Positions 35,329 through 47,579 of a stretch of 64,000 nucleotides of DNA are shown one piece after another (positions within the stretch are counted from its first letter, which is position 1; every line of letters begins with the position of its first letter). The stretch spans positions 83,206,001 to 83,270,000 of the forward strand of contig NC_086108.1 of the NCBI RefSeq assembly GCF_963921235.1, in the 5' to 3' direction. Origin of the DNA: Mobula hypostoma (Eukaryota). The position numbers were made by a program, and so were the translations under genes. The notes under the pieces were generated by a model. That model saw nothing but the letters and a program-made list of their open reading frames with translations. It was not told where the DNA came from and made no database searches.

Positions 35329-35902
35329 CATCATTTCCACGGATGCTGCCCAACCTGCTGAGTTCCTCCAGCATGTTGTGAGTGCTACCACCATATTCAA
35401 CTGCCCTTCCAAGTCACACAATGTCCCAACTTGAAAATAAATTGGTTTACTTGATTATCAGATGATCTAAATCCGAAACTCCATACACAACTGTTTCAGG
35501 ACTGTATCATTTCAAAAGCACAGTTCACCACCTTCTTGAGGATAATTAAAGATGGACGATAAATGCTGGCTTCACTATGGTCCTGAGATACAGAAAGATG
35601 AATAAGTAAAGCAAAATATAGAAATAACACTCTGAAATACTCTACAACATCAGAATCAGAATCAGATTTATTATAACTGACATATTCCCTGAAGTTTATT
35701 GTTTTGCATGGCTTTACAGTGCAATGCATTAATAAAACAATTAAACTGCTTATGCTAAATTGAACACTGCTTGTGCTCTGCTGTGCCCTCCAATGTACAT
35801 TATATACAATTGAACTCTGACTCTTCACCCCTTGAACTTGGAGACACATGAGAAGTGAACTGCTTAACTGTCAAACTCAATCCAATGCTTTAAAGGATTT
35901 TG

Positions 35903-36453
35903 CACCCAATGGCCACTTAATTAGGTATTGTACACTTGCTTGTTAATGCAAATATCTAATCTGCCAAACATGTGGCAGCAACTCATTGCATAAAAGCTTG
36001 CAGATATGGTCAAGAGGTTCAGTTGTTGTTGAGACTCCATCAGAAATGTGATCTAAGTGACTTTGACCATGGAATAATTGTTGGTGCTAGATGGGGTGGT
36101 TTGAGTATCTCAGAAATTGCTGATCTCTTGGGAGTTTTGCACAACAGTCACTAGAGTTTACAGGGGATGGTGCCAAAATCAAAAAAAAAACATCCAAATG
36201 AGCAGTTCTGAGCACAAAACTGCCTCATTAATGAGAGAGGTCAGAGGAGAATGGCTAATCTGGTTCAAGCCGACAGGAAGGTGGCAGTAACTCAAATGAC
36301 CACATGTTACAACAGTGGTGGGCAGAAGAGCAACACTGAATGCACAACACATTGAACCTTGAAGTGGATGGGCCACAGCAGCAGAAGACCACAATCATGC
36401 ATTCAGTGGCCTCTTTAAGCACAGGGGGTCTGTAATAAAGAGGCAACCAATTG
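35903..36453 (+). mobile_element. Non-autonomous Tc1-like element retaining the transposase N-terminus
   Basis: KCDLSDFDHGIIVGARWGGLSISEIADLLG; degenerate TIRs. Confidence 0.75.
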
Positions 36454-36824
36454 TATGCATTGCTTCAACTCATCTTCCAGGGTACTGTACTCTCACTCTC
36501 ATAAAGAAAGGAAAGATCCAATGGAACTATATGAAAAGAAACAAGTTCTGGCAATCCCCTACTCTTCAGTATTTCATTGTTTATGTTGTTGAAGATAATG
36601 AGACCTTGCTGTGTACACATGGGCTGCTGCAATATCCAAAATGACAAAAACAAAATATTCTTCTGGCTCAGAATCACATTTGGCGCCCTGAGGGTTTTAA
36701 AAGTTAAAAGAGAAATTTTAAATGTGTTGTGAAACAACTCTTGCATCACTGAGCTCTTCATTTTATTAAAAATGAAAGCAGGAAATGCTGGAAATACTCT
36801 GCAGGTCAGGCGACAACTGTGGAG

Positions 36825-38070
36825 TTATTTATAACAAAAGATATCAGCAAGACGATTGACAAGATTCTGCATGGTCCAGATCTCATGGGATCCAAGGTGA
36901 GATCGCAAATGAATACAAAATTCACTTGGTGGAAGGAGTCAGAAGTTGGTAGTGAAGAGTTGATTTTCAGATCGGACACCTCTGACCAGTAGTGTGTTCT
37001 GTTCCTTGTCATATGATATATTTATAGGTTGGATGAGAATTTACAGGTTAGATGGAAGTGGCCTGATTGGTAAGTTTGTGGATGGTGCCTAAATTGGTGG
37101 GATGGTGGATAATGATGAAGTTTGTACAAGGTTCTCGATGAACAGAGAAAATGGCAAAGGAGTAGCAAATTGAATTTAACTCAGGCAAGTGTGAAATGAT
37201 GTATTTTGGGAAATTATATCAAGAATATACAGAGTAAATGGCAGGGCCCTGGGGTGTATGGTACAACAGCGAAAGTGAGGGCCAAAAGTACATAAAAGGC
37301 CTGGAGACTGGAGGACTGTCCGTGTGTGTGAGTGGGAGGGAGGAAAGGGCGTTCTTTGCTGTTTTTTTTTGTTGTTTACTGTGTTCTGGGTCATTCTGCC
37401 AAGCATAATGGGCATGCTCCAATGGTGCTGGAAAGTGTGACAACACTTGCGGGCTGCCCCCAGCACATCCTTAGGTTATTAATGAAAACAATGCATTTCT
37501 CTGTACTTTAATATGTACACGTGATAGATAAATCTGAATCTGAAATCTGAAATTTAAACATATTTTCCTGAAAGCCACAACAGAGGACAGTAAAGGCATA
37601 TGGCATACCAGCATTTACTGGACTGGGCACTGGGTTTAAGAGTTGAGATGACATGTTACAGTTGTACAAGACTTTAGTGAAACCACTAAAGTTCTGTTTG
37701 TCACATAATGGGAACAACTCTATTAAGCTGCAGATGGTGTAGTAAAGATTCACAAGGGTGTTGCTGGGATTGAGGACTTAAGTTATAAAGTGACACTGAA
37801 TAAGTTGGGACTGTTTACCTTAGAGTGAAGAAGGCTGAGGAACGATTGTATAGAGGTATATATAAAATCACGAGAGCCATAGACAAAGTGGGCGGACACG
37901 CTTTTTCTCAGGATAGGGGTGTCTAAAAACTAGAACACATAGATTGAAGGCGAAAGGGGAAAGATTTATGAGAATCTGAGAGACGAGTTTTTCACACAGG
38001 GTAGTGGGTATATGTACCAAAACAAATGATAGATACATGGATAGGAAAAGCTTAGAGGGATGTGGGTGAA
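36825..38070 (+). mobile_element. Old CR1 fragment with a nested repeat (about 37265-37550)
   Basis: Decayed KFVD/KCEM/CR1 3' motifs. Confidence 0.6.
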
Positions 38071-38139
38071 AAACGAATTAGTTTCTAGAGAGTTGTTTTT
38101 TTTTCTCTGTTGGTACACTGATCCCTCAATACCACCTCC

Positions 38140-38734
38140 TTGAATAAGAAGGCACAGCGGTGCCTCCACTTCCTGAGCAGATTGAGACCCCCATCAATCT
38201 TAACTGAATTTTGCAGGGGCACATTGAGAGCACCCTGACGAGCTGCATCTCCCTTTGGTATGGGAGCAGCTGAGCATCGGATTGGAAGTCCCTACAAAAG
38301 ACTGCAGGAATGGCCGGGAAGATCATAGGGGTCTTCCGACCATCCATCAGGGACATTTATCTGGAGCACTACATTCAAGGGTGCTTGGTATTATCATGGA
38401 ACCCACCCATCCAACCAGCATCCTCTTTGACTTTCTACCATCAGGCAGGAGACTCCGATGCATAAAAGCAAGAACGGTCAGGATGGGAAACAATTTCTTC
38501 TCTCAGGCAATTTGGCTTCTGAACTCCCTGTCACATCACAGCAGAAGTATCACTGAATAATTCATATTGTACCCTACAATGTTTAATTTATGCACTGTAC
38601 ATTGATTATCTATGCATAATTCATTTGTAGATTTAATTCTTACTTTCCTAAGTTATTGCATGTGTGTTATATATACTGCTGTGCTTTACACCTGAGGATG
38701 GAGAAATGTTGTCTCATTTCTTGGTGTACATATA
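38140..38734 (+). mobile_element. Rex1/Babar 3' end (tail resumes at 44749-44790)
   Basis: FDFLPSGRRLRCIKARTVRMGNNFF. Confidence 0.75.
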
Positions 38735-39498
38735 CAGTGCCTATAAAAAGTATTCACACCTCCTTGGAAGTATTCATATTTTATTGTTTTACAACATTGA
38801 ATCAGAGTGGATTTAATTTGGGCATTTTGACACTGATCAACAGAAAATAACTCTTTTGTGTCAAATTGAAAACAGATCTCTACAAGGTGATCTAAATTAA
38901 TTACAAATATAAAACACAAAATAATTGATTGCAAAAGTAGTCACCCCTGACCCCCCCCCCACCTTTAATATGACACACAAAATCATCACTGGTTCAGCCA
39001 ACTGGTTTGAGAAGTCACATAATTAGTTAAATAGAGATCTGTAATTGGAGACGGGTGTGCATTCAAAGTGTTTCAATTGATTGTAGTTAAAATACACCTG
39101 TATATGGAAGGACCAACTGATGGAGTTGGTATCCTGACAAAAACTACGTCACGAAGACAAAAGAACGCTCCAAGCAATTTTGTGAAAATGTTATTGAAAA
39201 GCATAAGTCAGGAGATGGATAGAAGAACATCTCTAAGTCACTGAATATCCCTGGAGTCAATCATCAAGAAATGGAAAGAACCTGGCATATCTGTAAATCT
39301 GCCTAGAGCAGGCAATCCTCAATAACCAAGTGACTGTGCAAGAAGGGGACGAGTGAGGGAGGCCACCAAGAGACCTGTGACAAATCTGGAGGAGTTATGA
39401 GCTTCAGTGGCTGAGATGGAAGAAACTGTGTGTACAACAAATGTTGCCCAGGTGCTTGGCAAGAATCAGAATTAGAATCAGGCTTATTATCACTGGCT

Positions 39499-41757
39499 GA
39501 GAAACACAGAAACATAAAAACCCTACAGCACAATACAGGCCCTTCGACCCACAAAGCTGTGCCAAACATGTCCTTATCATAGAAATTACCCAGGGTTACC
39601 CATAGCCCTCTATTTTTCTAAGCTCCGTGTACCTATCCAGGAGTCTCTTAAAAGACCCTAACGTAACCACCTCCTCCACCGTCGCTGGCAGCCCATTCCA
39701 CGAAATCACCACTCTCTGCATAAGATGTTACCCCCGACATCTCCTCTGTACCTACTTCCAAACTCCTTAAAACTGTGTCCTCTCATGTTAGCCATTTCAG
39801 CCCTGGCAAAAAGCCTCTGACTATTCACACGATCAATGCCTCTCATCATCTTATGCACCTCTATCAGGTCACCTCGCATCCTTCGTCTCTCCAAGGAGAA
39901 AAGGCCAAGTTCATTCAACCTATTCTCATAAGGCATGCTCCCCAATCCAGGCAACATCCTTGTACATCTCCTCTGTATCCTTTCTATGGTTTCCATATCC
40001 TTCCTGTAGTGAGGCAACCAGGACTGAACACAGTACTCCAAGTGGGTTCTGACCAGGGTCTTATATAGCTGTAAACATTACTTCTCAGGTCCTAAACTCA
40101 ATCCCACGATTGATGAAGGCCAATGCACCATATGCCTTCTTAACCACAGAGTAAATTTGCACAGCAGCTTTAAGTGTCCTGTGGAGTCGGACCCCAAGAT
40201 CCCTCTGATCCTCCACACTACCAAGAGTCTTACCATTAATACTATATTCTGCCATCATATTTGACATACCAAAATGAACCATCTCACACTTATCTGGGTT
40301 GAACTCCATCTGCCACTTCTCAGCCCATTTTTGCATCCTATCAATGTTCCGCTGTAACCTCTGACAGCCCTCCACACTATTCACAACACCTCCAACCTTT
40401 GTGTCATCAGCAAATTTACTAACCCATCCCTCCACTTCTTCATCCAGGTCATTTATAAAAATCATGAAGAGTAGGGGTCCCAGAACAGATCCCTGAGGCA
40501 CATGACTGGTGACCGACCTCCATGCAGAATATGACCCATCTACAACCACTCTTTGCCTTCTGTGGGCAAGCCAGTTCTGGATCCACAAAGCAATTTCCTC
40601 TTGGATCCCATGCCTCCTTACTTTCTCAATAAGCTTTGCATGGGGTACCTTGTCAAATGCCTTGCTGAAATCTATATACACTACATCTACTGCTCTACCT
40701 TCATCAATGTGTTTAATCACATCCTCAAAAAATTCAATCAGGCTCGTAAGGCACAACCTGCGTTTGACAAAGCCATGCTGACTATTCCTAATCATATTAT
40801 GCCTCTCCAAATGTTCATAGATCCTGCCTCTCAGGATCTTTTCCATCAACTTACCAACCACTGAAGTAAGTTTCACTGGTCTATAATTTCCTAGGCTATC
40901 TCTACTCCCTTTCTTGAATAATGGGACAACATTCACAACCCGCCAATCCTCCGGAACCTCTCCCGTCCCCAGTGATGATGCAAAGATCATTGCCAGAAGC
41001 TCAGCAATCTCCTCCCTCACCTCCCAAAGTAGCTTGGGGTACATGTCATCTGGTCCCAATGACTTATCCAACTTGATGCTTTCCAAAAGCTCCAGCACAT
41101 CCTTTTTCTTAATACCTATATGCTCAAGCTTTTCAGCCCGCTGTATGTCATCCCTACAATTGTCAAGATCCTTTTCCGTAGTGAATACTGAAGCAAAGTA
41201 CTCATTAAGTACCTCTGCTATCTCCTCCGGTTCCATAGGCACTTTTCCACTGTCACACTTGATTGGTCCTATTCTCTCACATCTTATCCTCTTGCTCTTA
41301 ACATACTTGTACAATGCCTCGGGGTTTTCCTTAATCCTGTCCGCCAAGGCCTTCTCATGGCCCCTTCTGGCTCCCCTAATTTCTTTCTTGAGCTCCTTCC
41401 TGCTATCCTTATAATCTTCTTGCTCTCTATCATTAACTGGCTTTTTGAACCTTTTGTATGCTCTTCTTTTCTTCTTTTCTTCTTGACTAAATTTACAACA
41501 GCCTTTATACACCACGGTTTCTGTACCCTACCATCCTTTCCCTGTCTCACTGGAATGTACCCACGCAGAACTCCACACAAATATCCCCTGAAAATTTCCC
41601 ATATTTCTTCCGTACATTACCCTGAGAACATCTGTTCTCAATTTATGCTTTCAAGTTCCTGCCTGATAGCTTCATATTTCCCCTTACTCCAATTAAATGC
41701 TTTCCTAACTGGTCTGTTCCTATCCCTCTCCAATGCAATGGTAAAGGAGATAGAATT
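39499..41757 (-). mobile_element. CR1 ORF2 3' half (476-aa open RT stretch) inside a Rex fragment (39463-39498 plus 41758-42340)
   Basis: YIDFSKAFDKVPH, PQGSVLGPLLF, KFADDTK. Confidence 0.92.
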
Positions 41758-42810
41758 GTGTCATGAAATTTGTTGACCTAGCAGCAACAGCTTAATGCAA
41801 TACATAACATAGAAATAAATAAATAACAGTATATGTATATTGAATAGATTAAAAATTGTGCAGAAACTTTAATAATATATACTAAAAAAATGAGGTAGTG
41901 TTTACGGGTTCAATGTCCATTTAGGAACCGGATAACAAAAAGGAAGAAGCTGTTCCTGAATGGCTGAGTGTGTGCTTTCAGGCTTCTGTACATCCTACCC
42001 AATGGTAACAGTGAGAAAAGGGCATGCCCTGGGTGCTGGGGGTCCTTAATAATGGATGCTGCCTTTTTGAGACACTGCTCCCTGAAGATGTCCTGCGCAC
42101 TTTGTAGGCTACCTAAGATGGAGCCGAATAAATTAACAACCCTCTGCAGCTTCTTTCGGTCCTGTCGTGTAGCCCTCCCTCCCCCATACCAGACGGTGAT
42201 ATGCTCTCCATGGTACATCTATAGAAGTTTTTGAGCATTTTTGTTGACATACCAAATCTCTTCAAACTCCAAATGAAGTATAGTCAGTGTCCTGCCAGTC
42301 GCAGCTTTATTGGAGAGTGGCAGCAAGAAAACCACTATTGGAAAAGAATCTCTCATGAAATCTTGCCTACAGTTTGCCAGAAGGCATGTGGGAGACTGTG
42401 AAGTCAGCTGGAAGAAGGTTCTATGGTCTGATGAAACCAAAACTGGACTTTTTGTCCATCATACTAAATGCTATATTTGGCATAAGCCAAGCACCGCACA
42501 TCATCAAAAACACACTATCCCTACCATGAAGCATTGTGGTGACTGCATCATGCTGTGGGGAACTTTTCACTGCAACAGGCCCTGGAAGGCTTGTGAAGGT
42601 GGAGGGTAATATGAATGCAGCAAAATACAGGGAAATCCTGGAGGAAAACCTGATGCAGTCTGCAAGAGAACTGGGACTTGGGAGAAGCTTTATTTTCCAG
42701 CAAGACAATGACCCCAAGTATAAAGACAAAGATACACAGGAATAGCTTAAAAACAACAAAGTTAATGTCCTGGATTGACCGAGTCAGAGTCTAGATCTCA
42801 ATCCAATTGA

Positions 42811-44270
42811 AGATGGAGTTTAATGCTGAAAAATGTGAGGTGCTGCATTTTGGTAGGACTGATCAAAATAGGACATACATGGTAAATGGTAGGGCATTGA
42901 AGAATGCTGTAGAACAGAGGGATCTAGGAATAATGGTGACCATAGTTCCCTGAAGGTGGAATCTCATGTGGATAGGGTGGTGAAGAAAGCTTTTGGTATG
43001 CTGGCCTTTATAAATCAGAGCATTGAGTATAGGAGTTGGGATGTAATGTTGAAATTGTATAAGGCATTGGTAAGGCCAAACTTGGAGTATTGTGTACAGT
43101 TCTGGTCACCGAATTATAGGAAAGATGTCAATAAAATTGAGAGAGTACAGAGGAGGTTTACTAAAATGTTGCCTGGGTTTCATTTCCTAAGTTACAGAGA
43201 AAGGTTGAACAAGTTAGGACTTTATTCTTTGGAGCATAGAAGGTTGAGAGGGGACATGATAGAGGTGTTTAAAATTATGAGGGGTATTGATAGAGTTGAC
43301 GTGGATAGGCTTTTTCCATTGGGAGTGGGGGAGATTCAAACAAGAGGACATGAGTTGAGAGTTAAAGGGCAAAAGTTTAGGGGTAACATGAGGGGGAACT
43401 TCTTTACTCAGACCGTTGTGGCTGAGTGGAATGATCTTCCAGCAGAAGTGACTGAGGAAGGTTCTGTGTTGTCATTTGAAGTTAAATTGGATAGATATAT
43501 GGACAGAAAGGGAATGGAGGGTTATGGACCGAGTGCAGGTCGGTGGGACTAGGTGAGAGCAGGAGTTTGGCACGGACTAGTAGGGCCGACATGGCCTGTT
43601 TCCGTGCTGTAATTGTTACATGGTTATATGGAAAATTTGTGGCTGGACTTAAGAAAGCCTATGGGGTGTTAGTTTTCATAAGTCGAGGGATAGAGTTTAA
43701 GAGTCGCGATGTAATAATGCAGCTCTATAAAACTCTGGTTAGGCCACACTTGGAGTACTGTGTCCAGTTCTGGTCACCTCACTATAGGAAGGATGTGGAA
43801 GCATTGGAAAGGGTACAGAGGAGATTTCCCAGGATGCTGCCTGGTTTAGAAAGTATGCATTATGATCAGAGTTTAAGGGAGCTAGGGCTTTACTCTTTGG
43901 AGAGAAGGAGGATGAGAGGAGACATGATAGAGGTGTATAAGATAATAAGAGGAATAGATAGAGTGAATAGCCAGCGCCTCTTCCCCAGGGCACGACTGCT
44001 CAATGCAAGAGGACATGGCTTTAAGGTAAGAGGTTGGAAGTTCAAGGGGGATATTGGAGGAAGGTTTTTTACTCAGAGAGTGGTTGGTGCGTGGAATGCA
44101 CTGCCTGAGTCTGTGGTGGAGGCAGATACAATAGTAAAGTTTAAGAGACTACGAGACAGGTATATGGAGGAATTTAAGGTGGGGGCTTATATGGGAGGCA
44201 GGGTTTGAGGGTCGGAACAACATTGTGGGCCGAAGGGCCTGTACTGTGCTGTACTATTCTATGTTCTATG
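42811..44270 (+). mobile_element. Two tandem CR1 3' fragments (about 42811-43630 and 43650-44270)
   Basis: Each has LVRPxLEYCVQFWSP and its own 3' hairpin and tail. Confidence 0.9.
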
Positions 44271-44989
44271 ACTTGAAAAGAGCTGTTCACCCATGATCCT
44301 CATGCAATCTGACAGAGCTTGAGTACTTTTGTAAAGAAGAATGTGGAAAATTGCAGTGTCCAGGTGAGAAAAGCTGATAGAGACCTATGCACACAGACTC
44401 AAGGCTGTAATTGCAAAGGTGCAGCTACAAAATACTGACTTGAAGGGGGTGAATGCTTATTATTTTGTCTCAATTACTTTATGTTTTGCATTTGTAATTA
44501 ATTTAGATCACTTTATAGAGAACTGTTTTCACTTTAACATGAAATTACTCAGGTCGCAATTACTTTGTGCCTTGTACTTGTAATTAATTTAGATCACTTT
44601 ATAGAGACCTATTTTCACTTTAACACAAAAGAGCCTTTTTTTGTTGATTAATGTCAAAAAAACAAATTAAATCCGTTGTGATTCAATGTTGTAAATCAAT
44701 AAAACATGAAAACTTCCAAGGGGGTGTGAGTACTTTTTATAGGCACTGTATATAGTTAAATGAGAAAAAAATTGACCTGACTTGACTTGACAGAGTTAGT
44801 GTCCTAAGAAGTTAGCGGAATGCTCCCTGAATGAGGCGTTCAGTCTCCCTGATAACTACATCTGCACAAAGTCCACTGAGCTACAGTTGCTTAGAGAACT
44901 GGAGGTGCAGCTGGATGATCTTCAGTCAAATGGGAAAAGGAGGAGGTGATAGATAGGAGCTGCAGGAAGGTAGTCACCCACCCAGAGTG

Positions 44990-47575
44990 GGTACCTGGCC
45001 ACCTACTAAAAACTTGTGTTGATCAACTGGCTGGATTGTTCACTGAGATTAATAAACTCCCACTTTGACAGTCTGAGATAGCAGATGTAAGTCATACCGG
45101 TGCCCAAGAAGAATGTGGTAACCTGCCCCAATGACTATCCACAGTGAGAAGCGATGGATCAGCTTCAATTTGCCTACCAGAGCAACAGATCCACCGCAGA
45201 TGCCAATCAGCCTTGGAACATCTGGATAGCAAAGCTGCATACATCAGGATGTTCTTTATTGACCGCAGCTCCGCACTCAATACCATCATCCCTCAAAACT
45301 ATCAAGAAGTTCCAAGGCCTTGGCCTCAAAACCTCATTGTGTAATTGGATCCTGAATTTTCTCATTGTAGTTTGCATTCAGTTTGGATTGGCAATAACAT
45401 CTCCTCCATGATCTCTACCAACAAAGGTGCACTACAAGGCTGTGTGGTTATCCCCCTGATTTACTCACTTTTTACTTATGACTGTGTGACTAAGCACAGC
45501 TCCAGAGTCATATTTAAGTTTGCTGTTGACACCACTGTTGACTGAATCAAAGGTGGTGATGATTTAGCATACAGGAGAGAGACTGAAAATCTGGCTGAGT
45601 GGTGCCACAACAACAACTTTTTATTCAATGTCAGCATGATCAAGGAGCTGATTATTGTCCTAAAAGTTGTGTCGAACATGTCCCTGCTTTAGAAATTACT
45701 AGGGTTACCCATAGCCCTCCATTTTTCTAAGCTCCATGTACCTATCCAAAAGTCTCTTAAAAGACCCTATTGTATCCACCTCCACCACAGTTGCTGGCAG
45801 CCCATTCCATGTACTTACCACTCTCTACGTAAAAAATGTACCCCTGACATCTCCTCTGTACCTGCTCCCCAGCACCTTAAACCTGTGTCCTTTTGTGGCA
45901 ACCATTTCAGCCCTGGGAAAAAGCCTCTGACTATCCACACAATCAATGCCTCTCATCATCTTATACACCTCTATCAGGTCACCTCTTATCCTCCGTCGCT
46001 CTAAGGAGAAAAGGTCAAGTTCACTCAACCTATTTTCAGAAGGCATGCTCCCCAATCCAGACAACATCCTTGTAAATCTCCCCTGCACCCTTTCAATGGT
46101 TTCCATATCCTTCTTGTAGTGAGGCGACCAGAACTGAGCACAGTACTCCAAGTGCGGACTGACCAGGGTCCTAAATAGCTGCAATATTACCTCTCAGCTC
46201 CTAAATTCAATTCCACGATTGATGAAGGCCAATACACCTTATGCCTTCTTAACCACAGAGTCAACCTGCGCAGCTGCTTTGAGCATCCTCTGGACTTGGA
46301 CCCCAAGATCCCTCTGATCCTCCACACTGCCAAGAGTCTTACCATTAATACTATATTCTGCCATCATATTTGACATACCAAAATGAACCACATCACACTT
46401 ATCTGGGTTGAACTCCATCTGCCACTTCTCAGCCCAGTTTTGCATCCTATCAATGTCCCGCTGTAACCTCTGTCAGCCCTCCACACTATCCACAACACCT
46501 CCAACCTTTGTGTCATCAGCAAACTTACTAACCCTTCCCTCCACTTCCTCATCCAGGTCATTTATAAAAATCACAGAGAGTGAGGGTCCCAGAAAAGATC
46601 CCTGAGGCACACCATTGGTCACCGACCTCCATGCAGAATATGACCCGTTACAACCAGTCCTCATCGGAAGAGCAGAAATGAAGAGTGTCAGGAACTTTAA
46701 ATTCCTTGGTGTTATTATTTTGGAGGACCTGTACTGGGCCCAGCCAGCACAGGTCCTCCAAAATAATAACACCAAGGAATTCCAAAGAAAGCATGGAAGC
46801 ACCTCTGCTTCCTCAGGAATTTGCAAGAATTCAGCATGACATCTAAAACTTTGACAAACTTCTACAGATGTGTAGTGAAGAGTATATTGACTGGCTGTGT
46901 CACAACCTTGTATAGAAACATCAATGCCCTTGAATAGATGATGATGATGCCACCCTACACAGCCTTCCCATCCACGCCTTGTAAGGCATGAAGATGCCCA
47001 ACACTGGCCTCTCAGTCAACGTCATCATCATCATCTTGAATAAAACATCCTATAAAAATAGTGGCCTGTCCATTAAGTGTACAGCCCTTCCACCATTGAG
47101 CACATCTACATGGAGTGTTGTTGCATGAAACCAACATTTATCATCTGGGACCTCCACCACTCAGGTCATGCTTTCTTCTTGCCATGAGGAAGAAGGTCAG
47201 GAGCATCAGGACTCACACCATCAGGTTCAAGAACAGTTATTACCCTCCAGCCATCAGTCTCTTGAAGCAAAGGGAATGATCTTACTCAATTTCACTTGTG
47301 CCATCATTGAAATGTTCCCACAACCTATGGATTCACTGTCAAGGACTCTTCATTTCGTCTCCTCAATATTTATTGCTTATCTATTTAATATTTCTCAGTT
47401 TGTTGTCTTTTGCACACTGGTTGAATGCCCGAGTTAGTGTGGTCTTTCATTGATAGTTTAATGGTTATTACTCTATTTATTACATATGCCCACAATAAAT
47501 TAACCTCAGGATTGTATGCGGTGATACACATATGAAGGTTGATAATACATTCACTCTGAAATTTGAACTTTGAAC
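44990..47575 (+). mobile_element. Rex1/Babar RT region, interrupted by a CR1 (about 45660-46648, minus)
   Basis: QLQFAYQSNRSTADA, QGCVVIPLIYSLFTYDC, NFKFLGV; nested CR1 has [10 protein letters not shown]. Confidence 0.85.
46937..47035. mobile_element. 99-bp insertion with (GAT)4/(ATC)4 inverted ends
   Basis: TSD (c)ttgaata on both sides; host Rex sequence resumes afterwards. Confidence 0.7.
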
Positions 47576-47579
47576 TAAG

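Larger units (their letters stand above)
35106..35386. mobile_element. Palindromic non-autonomous PLE-derived element with two HHRs
   Basis: 109-bp inverted arms 35140-35248 and 35276-35384; perfect 15-bp TSD accaccatattcaac (35091-35105, 35387-35401). Confidence 0.9.
38735..44748 (+). mobile_element. Tc1 (DD34E-type) transposon with about 210-bp TIRs, split by nested LINEs
   Basis: TA|cagtgcctataaaaagta ... tactttttataggcactg|TA; transposase pieces at 39150-39460, 42340-42810 (VLWSDETK, FQQDNDPK, DLNPIE) and 44270-44440. Confidence 0.92.

Noticed and set aside
35106..35386. Palindrome as a DNA-transposon MITE or an assembly artefact
   Set aside because: The arms are PLE 3'-repeat sequence, the ends are asymmetric, the 15-bp TSD fits target-primed insertion, and the arms differ at 5 sites.
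42956..44208. Two tandem ORFs of about 200 aa as a duplicated gene
   Set aside because: Both are CR1 ORF2 C-termini, each with its own 3' tail.
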